Origin: Octopus sinensis
Lineage: Eukaryota
DNA: 64,000 nt
Direction: 5' to 3'
NCBI RefSeq assembly: GCF_006345805.1
Contig: NC_043016.1
Coordinates: forward strand, 14,074,001-14,138,000
The notes beneath the pieces were generated by a model. It was not told the DNA's origin and did no database searches. It was given only the letters and a program-made list of their open reading frames with translations. Position numbers and translations under genes: made by a program. Positions 51,001 to 61,152 of the stretch are shown here, piece after piece; position 1 is the first letter of the stretch; the number at the start of each line of letters is the position of its first letter.

Positions 51001-54000
51001 TTATTCGAACAGTATATTTAAGACTACATCATACAATATGCCCTACACTTTTTTAAGATACCGAGGGTGTGATTTGAGAGAGATCTGACTGCTATTTCTA
51101 CCAATTTGAACAACCTGCAATGGTATACATTGATATAACAGCAATAGTAGTGGTTCATATGAAGGTCGTCCACTTCATAGTTGTCCTTTCTTACTCTAAG
51201 CTGTATTCCCAGCTGTATTTCCCCTTTGCTTTTATGGGAAATATTTGACTCATTCACCATATATATCTATAGCAGTGCTTCTTTACCTCAGTAGTAAAGC
51301 CACTGGTGGCATATTGAGTACCTTTGGCTGTTGTGAGCTCAGTTTGGAGCAGCAAATATCAAGGGAACATTACAGGAGTACAGTAATCCCTCAACTATTG
51401 CAGGTGTTATGTTCCAAAACCCTCCGCAATAGGTGAAAATCCACAAAGTAGAAACAGTATTGTACTGTATATCTTTAAAAATTATTTTCATAATTTGTAT
51501 ATATTAATTTTATTATAAATTCAAAAACAACATCACAGAGGAATCGATGTAAGCTTAAATAATAAACCGTGATAGGTGAACTGCGATATGGTGATGAATT
51601 ACTGTACTGGGTATTTAGAATGGTTCTGCTTCTTAGAAATACAATATTCAAACTAGGTACACTACTTTGTACATTAAATACCTTTTCCAAAAGAATCTTT
51701 GTCAGGATTAAAATGTGAGTAAGACATTGTGTTATTAGTGAATAGAAAATATGGCTGATGAAGTGCCAAAGTCTGATACAGTTTTATTATGTAAACTCTT
51801 GCATTCTTTAGTAATATCCATTAAAATTTAACAGAGGGGCACGTAGACTCTGCAAATATTTAAAAAGAGATTCATGCTTGATGGGTTAGTAAAAGAAAAT
51901 GTGGAAGAGCGAAGAGTGACATCAGGACCAGAAGCGAAGGGAAGTGAAGAGTGACATGAAGAAGCGGGGCATTTGAACAACCTCTTTTCTTTGTCAGGAT
52001 GTTGAGTGGAACAGATGTGTGGAGGGGATCTCAGAGGCAGAGTAGTTTTTGGTCAGAGGTTGGGGTAGCATACACATGCAGGTACACATGTAGCCGACAC
52101 ATGTAGGTACAACCAATTTATGAAGTGGATAATAAACCACTACACATATTATCCTCTGTTGGATCAAAAAGAAATTTGCTTTCATTTTTCTCAAAAACAC
52201 AAGGAGAGGATATTTGTGGAATGCCACTCAATAGGAATGAGAGCCAAGGTAAAAAGTTGGAGAACCATTGATCTATAGTTTATTTTGGCTTGAAATTTGT
52301 AAAATATGTGCTTTAATGTAGTTAACAAAATTAAAACTAATATTATTATTAAAATGCATTAACTCCTTGTACTAAACTGGTTTGTTCTACACTACACTTG
52401 TTAGCTCGATACCAGTTCAAACCAGCTTAAACCGGCTCTGCTTAGTTGGCAGCTCTACAATTTTAGAATTGTCAGAAACAGCTGACCTATCTTAGCCATG
52501 TTATGATGAGCACTGAATGCAAAAGTGCTGTTTACAAACAGGGGTAGAAGAAAACCCCAAAGAGATTGGAGGAATGAGTCTTAGGATGTTGTGCTGCATC
52601 AATCAAATAATACAGTTGTGGGAAGAATGGGGATTTACTGTGCTGCATACAACCCAACCCTTGCAAGTTACAAAAAATAGATACAAAATGAAGATAGTGA
52701 TATTGACAATGATGATGGCTGAACTTTGTAATGTAAGCAGAAAATTTTTCCAGTAAGCAAGAAAAGCCCAATTCAATTTAAATTAGCATGTTTGTTGTAA
52801 TTTAACGAATATGTTAAGTGGGTAGAAATCATAGAACACTTAAATAATTGTCTTTCAACATTTAATCTTTTTGCTCTACATTATTCTTTGAATTCAAGAT
52901 AATTTAATGAACAGCAGAAGCTGTTTAGTCTCATGTCAGACCTGGTATCAGTGGTGTTCCAGCCAAAGGCAACCAAGTCTATTAGTTATTGTATATTTAA
53001 GGCAATATTATTCAATATCGTCATTCCGTTTTTAATACTGTAAGGTATGATTTGAGGGAGATCTGACTGCTATTTCTTACAGGTTGAGTGTCCATTCAAA
53101 TGAATACCAATCATGTACTTTAGTTAACTCAATCAGACACACTCCTCTCCTACAAATGTACTTTATGCTCATTTCCTTCAAATGTACTTATAAAACAATA
53201 AACAAATACTAGCATTTTAACATGATTTATTAAGATATTATTCTGATTCTTCATGTACTTTCCATTATTACATTTTAGGCATGGATCGTCTAATCCGAAT
53301 TTGGAACCCTTATGTACCTGGGTATGTAGATATGTATTTCATAACAGGTAACTTATTACCAATCGCTAGTCTAAAATTTAACCAAAAATTAAACTAGCAT
53401 GAATGACATACAAGAGAATTGATAGCAAAGAAGAAAAAAGGAAAGTTAATGGTATAGAGGCATGGCTGTGCTGCTGCTGTTGTTGTTGTTGTTGTTGTTG
53501 TTATTTCACCCCAGATCAAGCAGATCTGACATGTAAGTGGTTGGTCATAGACCAAGGTACAATCAACAGACCAATGGTCTGAATATTTCATACCTTCATT
53601 TGATTGAGGATCACACCTCACTTTTGAATACCACAACTATACAAACATCCTCACACACAGGTAACACATCTTGTCAGCACTTTCTAAATATAATTGCAGA
53701 ATAACTTTTCCAACCATCATCAATCAATTACAAAATCTGACTTCAAAATCCATAGGAAATAACAGCTAAATCCATCTAAAAATTAATGAATTTACTGGAT
53801 AATTTGATATTGTTAGTAGCAGTTGTATAATGGATTGTCTCTTGTCGTCTGAGAAAGACAGTTCTGCAATGTCTTGCTGGACAACATAAATGATTTGTTT
53901 ATAGTGATCAAATGCATATGCTGTACATTAGTTCACTCTCTCCTCCATCAAATCAACATTGAACAGGTGTATGATGTATCACATATCAGGTGTGAAAGTG

Positions 54001-55906
54001 ATTGCAGATCAACATGAAATGAAGTGCTTTACTCAAGAACACTCTAACAGTTGTGTGGAGAAATCAATAATAGGTCAACAGTTGACCTCTGCAACTCCTA
54101 AAAACAACTAATAAATGTTGTATTGACATTATCTTGAATTTATCTTCAGAAAACCAACTGATATACTTCATGGACATTCCGCTCCGATTTTCTATGTCTA
54201 CTACAGTGAGGAAGACAATTGGATATTCAGTGTATCATCTGATAAATGTATTAAGGTAAGGAAATTATATCTTCTTATTTATTTCTCTTATACTTTTTAA
54301 AGAATTATTTCTTCAGCTAACTTTCTTTATGGGGCTCATTCAGTATTATTAAACCATAGTTCAGATGAACCAACTTCATCTTATCCAAAGCTACCAAAAC
54401 CACTTTGGGGCATTGGCATCTAAATTATAATCTTATTTAGATATTAAATTTTTAAAAGTAGGAAGGAGAAATATCTTGTTATGGAAGAGGAAATCAACAA
54501 GTTGGTAATCACGTTAGAAATTAAATAATTCTGTCAGAGTGTGTGACATATATCACTTTTATTATATTTTTTGATGAAGAAAAGTTTATATATGACCACT
54601 AGAATGATAAACTTGATTAATTAGTGTATAGGTAAATATAAATAAATCTAGTGACTGGAAGCATAACGTGATGTTAGTCATAATTATAGATAAAAGAGGC
54701 TGTAAAATAAAACCTTTCCTGGACCAAATTGTAGAATTTGTTCCGATTCAGTTCCACTACTCAGCATTTTTAGTATGTGTCTTCTGCTATAGCCCCAGGC
54801 CAACCAAAGCTGTGGGAGTGGATTTAGTAGACAGAAAATAATAATGTCTGTGTGTGTGTGTATTTGTTTACATAAGCACTCATTGATGTTGTTTGGCATT
54901 TCTCCTGTCCACTCACTTTGTCCACTCATTTTGTGCCTCCAAGCAGGATGACAAGAAGGGCATCTGGTCATAAAACAATGCCTCAGTGATATATTCATCT
55001 AACCCATGCTATCATGGAAAAACAGATGTAAAGTGAGTAAATGAACAAAATACCTTCACAATATCACCCTCAAATATTTAAAGTCATTTACGCTTCTTGG
55101 TTACTAGTTTTTATTGTGTACTTCATATATATGCGCTATGTTTTTTTGTTTTTTTTACATTGGATTTTTAAAAGTTGTTTTCAATACAGACTTTGTGTAC
55201 TTTACATCTATTTTATTAGGGTTAGTTGGTTTGTTAAAATGCTAATTTGAAATGCTTCAGAATATATTCACATCTCTGGCTGACCTCCAGAATCTTTCCT
55301 CTTACATAAGTATAGAGTAAATAGTAAATAGTGGTTCATTAGAAATGTTGAAGTTTCAATCTTCACTTAAGGTAATTGCATGTGTAAAATCTGTAAATTG
55401 GCCGTGAGTTTTACATAGTGTATCTATTAAGCTAAGTTGTTAATTCCATTTACATCCTATAGCTGCAAGTCTGGCAATAGTCAATTATTTGGGGTCAAAC
55501 ACGCTACATGACAAGCCTTAATATATTACAAGAAAACAAAGCTTTTAGTGGTGTTCAACAGTTAATAATAATAATAATGTGCCCTTTTTTAAAGCCTAGC
55601 CAGGTTCATGGGCCCAGTTTCCCGGTTTCAATGGCATATGTGTTCCCCAGCTGGACGGGACGCCAGTCCATCGCAGAGTTACTCATTTTTGCCAGCTGAG
55701 TGGACTGGAGCAACGTGAAATGAAGTGTTTTGCTCAAGAACACAATGCGTCGCCCAGTCCAGGAATCGAAACCACAATCTTACGATCATGATGCTGACAC
55801 CCTAACCACTAAGCCATGCACCTCCACGTTCAACAGTTAGGAAGACATTAAACAGTTATTTTCAATTAATAAGTATATTGTCAACAAAACTTTTCATCAC
55901 CAGTAC

Positions 55907-55939
<33 letters not shown>

Positions 55940-58900
55940 GTTTAACGTCCACTTAAACGATGATGATGATGATGATGATGAAGCACTGGTGATGAAAAGT
56001 TTTGTTGACAATATACACCAGTCTTGAATGTATAACTAAAAAGATTTGCAATAAAAAGAATTGTTATGTCAACCGTTTAGTAATAATAATAATAATAATG
56101 AAATTATTGTATACAGTGCTCAGGTGCACCACAACTGGTCAGAAAGTGCATATAAAGTACATGCAGTAATGTAGAAATGTCTGGAAAGTGAACATGCTTG
56201 TGTGTGTATGGAGGGGAGAAAATCAAGTGTAGTGTTGGCGAATCTCAGGAAGCATGGAAGTTTTGAAGGATGCAGTGCTCCGACAACTAACAACCGATGC
56301 CGGCAGTTTGTTCCACGCTTCAGCAACTCTCAGCATGAAAAAATGTTTCCTGAAGTCATGGGAGCTGTGCTGTTTTCTTACTTTGTAAATATGTCCACGG
56401 GTGTTAGATGGGTGGAGTTTGAAAAGGTGCTCAGAGTTATTGTTTGTACGATGGTTGATAATTTTATGGGTGTCTGCCAGGTCAGCTGCCAGACGTCGGA
56501 GTTTCAATGTGTCCATGCCCAGGGAAGTAAGGCGTTCAGGATATGGCAAATGCCTGATGAAGGGTATTCTTTTGGTTGCACGTCGCTGAACAGCTTCCAG
56601 ACAATTGATGTCCTGGGCAAGATAGGGGTTCCAGACCGGTGATGCAAATTCCAGGTGAGGTCTTACCATAGCTATATAAAGCTGCAGATAGATAGTCGGA
56701 GAGCGGCTCACAAAGGATTTGCTGAGTGATGCCAAGACACCCTCAGCCTTCTTGACAATTTTAGCGATGTGTTTTGTCCAACGCAAATCACTGTCGACAA
56801 TAACACCCAGGTCACGTTCACTTGAAGACTTTTTGAGACTAGTGTTGTGGAGGGAGTAGGTTAAGGCCTGGGTTTCTCCTCCCAAAATGCATGGTGGTAC
56901 ATTTGTCCACAGCCAGCTTGAGTTGCCAGTCCATGATCCACTGCTGCATTGTGTCCAGGTCTGCTTGCAATAGAGATCTATAGTGTACAGGATTTGACCT
57001 CTTTATTTCGAGGTACAGCTTGATGTCATCTGCATATTTCAGCACTGTGGCATTCTTTAAGTTGGCATCTAGGTCATTAACATATGCAACAAATAAAAGG
57101 GGGCCAAGAACAGATCCCTGTAGTGTATTCCTCTGCCAGATTTCCTTAAGTCATCATAGATATGTATTTTCTATTCACTAACTCTTTGTTTTACAATTCC
57201 TTCATTTCACTTATGCTCTTCTTAATTTTTTTAACTTCCAATTTTTTTTAGGTGTGGAATGCTACAGATTATAGCTGTATTAATACTGTTCGACCAAAGT
57301 CACACCTTATCCACGGAGATCTAAGCACAGTCTACTACTCTAATCTTTCAAAGACTTTGGCTTTCACAACAAATGTTCTTGCTACTTTAAGCATAAAGAT
57401 CAAATCAAAGTATATTTGTTATTTCCAAATTTATATTTTAATGTATATCACATATACACATATAGATGCACAAACTCATTCATTGACACACATGCACACA
57501 TGCATATAGAAGAATATACACATATGCTTATCAACAAACTAGTACATGTTTTTATTTTGTTGAAACAACTCATAGTTGTCATATTTTAGCCACCAATCAT
57601 CTCTGATCAAATCTACCTGTGATCTTATCAGCCTGTCTTTCATCCAGCCACACTGTGTTCAGACTACATCATCAAAAGTGTTCCTCTTTAAAAAGAACGC
57701 AAGATGTGATTTTTAAGATGATATGGTTGGCTGATTTTTATCAGGTAGATCGACCAACCATATAGCGGCTACCTCATTGCTTCGTCAACTCCTAGTAATC
57801 TTTTGATGTAACATCCATACAAATTCTCTGTGAAAGGAAATACAGAGGTTGCTTCCTTTCAGTTATTTATGCAGGACAAATCTTACAAATATTTGCAGGT
57901 GTTTGGTCCTTTCCCTGGCAACTAAATTGTCACCCAGTTTAATACCATTAACTGGCCCTTGAGTGCCCATAACAGAATCCACTTAATTGATAGTTTTCAG
58001 GCCAGGTCTCTAGTCTGAAGAGAACTTCTTCCCATGAAATTTAGATCCTTAAAAAGGGTTGTGGGTGTTGCACTTCTCCCTCTGACAAACTTTTTTCAAA
58101 GTATTTTAAGACATGCAATATTCAGTGTCATTCTCAGTCGTAATGATATGCTTGTAAAAGAATGTGAACACTTTATATATAAGTGTATGGTCTAGTACTA
58201 AACACTCAACCATACACACACATCCACCCACACTCACACACACATATGCCACAAACACACATTACACATATGATAATATATGTCAAGTTAAAAACAGTTG
58301 TTTATATTGTATTCATTATTTTAAACTTGTGAAATGTGGACCTGTAATATACAATTGTATTTATTTAATTTTGTGGGCACAGTTTTATTGTATCTGTTGG
58401 TTGTTTAACTGATTTAAATTATTCATATGCTGTACAGGTCAGAGGTAAGCTGTGTTATGGCTGTTTTCTTGTGTTAACTAAACATAACAACCTCTGACCT
58501 GCAGACACGCTGTCTTCGCTTTCTGCTTTTTCTACTGCTACTACAATGGTCTATGTTACTCCAAGATGGCTACTCTTATGCCACCTCAACTCAGACTCTA
58601 CACTTTTGACTCATTCATCTCTCTTTTTGTCCTCTATATTGTCTCCATCACACCCGTCCCTGCACTAACCTCTGTGTTCAATTCGTCCAGAAAGTCAGCT
58701 CTCTAGGATTCATTTTCTGTATATATTTCATAAAAGTGTAATCCCTGTGTGTAATGTATGTGCAATGTGTACATACATGTTAAAGCTCATTGAGTTTCCA
58801 TTGAATGAGTTTCCGCTATCTCTCTTTCAGGCCGTGCCTTTTGTCACTATTTGATATTGCTACATCCCATTCAGATCCTGTAACCAGTATCAAGTACAAT

Positions 58901-61119
58901 AAAATTTTCAAGCATATTGTTACTTCTTCAGAAGGATCTGTAAGTAAATATTTTTCATACAAAAAAACATATTCCATTTACTCCTGCTCTTTCGTGTCCT
59001 TTGATTTTCATCTCTTTTCCAGTTTTCCCACATCAACTCTCTTAATTTTTATAAGAAACTGTTGAGAAATTTAAATATCCACCAGTCAAAATATTCTGGA
59101 ATAACTCTATGTCAGTGCTGAATAGTGTGTTGTGATATTAAATGATATTAAAAATGGAAATGTGTTTGGTTTTACATGTTTGTATCTGTGCCACTGACAC
59201 GTAAAAAGCACCATCCGAACGTGGCCAATGCCTGCGCTGCCTTGTCTGGTTTCTGTACCAGTGGCACGTAAAAAGCACCAACTGATTGTGGCCGCTACCA
59301 GCCTCCCCTGGCACCTGTGCTGGTGGCACGTAAAAAGCACCCACTACACTCACGGAGTGGTTGGCGTTAGGAAGGGCATCCAGCTGTAGAAACACTGCCA
59401 GATCAGACTGGAGCCTGGTGCAGCCTTCTGGCTTCTCAGATCCCCGGTCGAACCGTCCAACCCATGCTAGCATGGAAAACGGACGTTGAACGATGATGAT
59501 GATGATGATGTAATGTGACATGATGCACTTTTATCCATGGCAGCAAATACCCATTTTCCATGCCAGCATGGGTTTGCCTGTTCAACGAGCTATTGAGCCA
59601 GAGGACTGCACCGAACTTTACTGTCTGTTTTTGCATGGTTCCTATTGCTGGATGCTCCTCCTAACACCAACCACTTTACAGAGAACATTGGGTGCTTTTT
59701 ATGCAGCACAAGCAGCAGTGAGATTACCAAATAACTTGCAAGACCCTTCAACTGAGAAGGAAGAAGTATTGAGGAAGGTGGCTTTGTGTCAGGTGGTGAT
59801 AGGATCAGAGTATGAACAGAGACATGTGTCTTGCTGTGGAGGGGAGGCATGGCTATCCAAGTTGGAAATGGAGGGAGTGAGTGAGAGATGTGTAATAGGA
59901 CAGGATGTTTGGTGATAACTATTTCAGTAACAAATACAATTTCAATGTATTCTAAATCACTCGTATCGATATAGTTATAATTTTAATATTTCTTGATTAC
60001 AGGAGGTAAAAGTTTGGGATGTTGTAAGTGGCAGTTTTATTTCTCAGTTTGGTCATGCGCATGGAGAAAAAGCTATCACTTGCATGAATTTTGATGAAAG
60101 TTTAAGAAGGTGAGAATCTCAGTTTACAAACTCTTGCTTACATCTGTAAACATTTAGAAATTGCATTAATCCAACTTCAGGCAGTGAGTTTCCTGTTTAT
60201 AGCAATAAACTGAGTTTATTTGCATCCTATATGTATCCTTGTATTGTACCTATGTTTTTCACACTCTGTACCTCTCTTGTGATACCTTAACTTGTCGTAC
60301 ACAGTATCTTTTATGTCACAAACACTCTATCTATCTAATCGGTTTTTACAGACTAAATACCCAGTAGACATTCATAAATCATCTGAAGACTGTGATTGTT
60401 TGCTTGGCTTCTGCTCATTGTATCTGTTTCAAGTTTCAAGGGACTGAATAATTTAAGATTTACCGACATGACTGTGTGATGAGGAAGCTCACTTAGGAAT
60501 CATGTGGCAAGGAGCTCTGTCCCTCTCTGTGGGCTTTGTCAGCTTGTGTCCTCTACTGTAACAGAGGGTGGACCGCTATATTGTGGGTGAAATTGATAGA
60601 TGGAAATGGAAGCCGTTGGCATTGGGACAGGAATTCAGTCATAGAAACCATGCCAAAAAAAAAAGCACTGGAGCTTGAAAGTAGTCTTCTGGGTCATTGA
60701 ATCCTGACAACATGGAAGACAGATGTTAGACGACGACAACGACGACGATTTTCTTTTCTTTTCCATGCTTGCATGGGTCAGGCAGAGTATATTGAGGCAG
60801 AGTCTTTACAGCCAGATGCTCTTCCTGTTGCCAACCTTCACCTGTTTCCAAGCAAGTTAATACTTCTCCATGATCAGACATGTCTTCACAGAATATTGGA
60901 AATGAATGACATTCATTTACAACAACCATGTGATATCAAGATGAGGGGTCACAAGCATACATGTACTCATGCACAGACACACACACACATATTAGATAAA
61001 GATAGTTATAGCCAGCCTACCACGAGTTTCATGTCCATCTAGTATTTAGCTTTTTGGTATTTCTTCAGACTATAACCTCTCTTCAAAGTGGATAGAGAAG
61101 AGACCTCATAGTAACTTGT

Positions 61120-61152
<33 letters not shown>

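Noticed and set aside
55740-55827. tRNA-like sequence with good A and B boxes (also the heads of SINE A and B)
   Set aside because: Continues into SINE body and tail, and no complete cloverleaf was evident. SINE heads, not tRNA genes.
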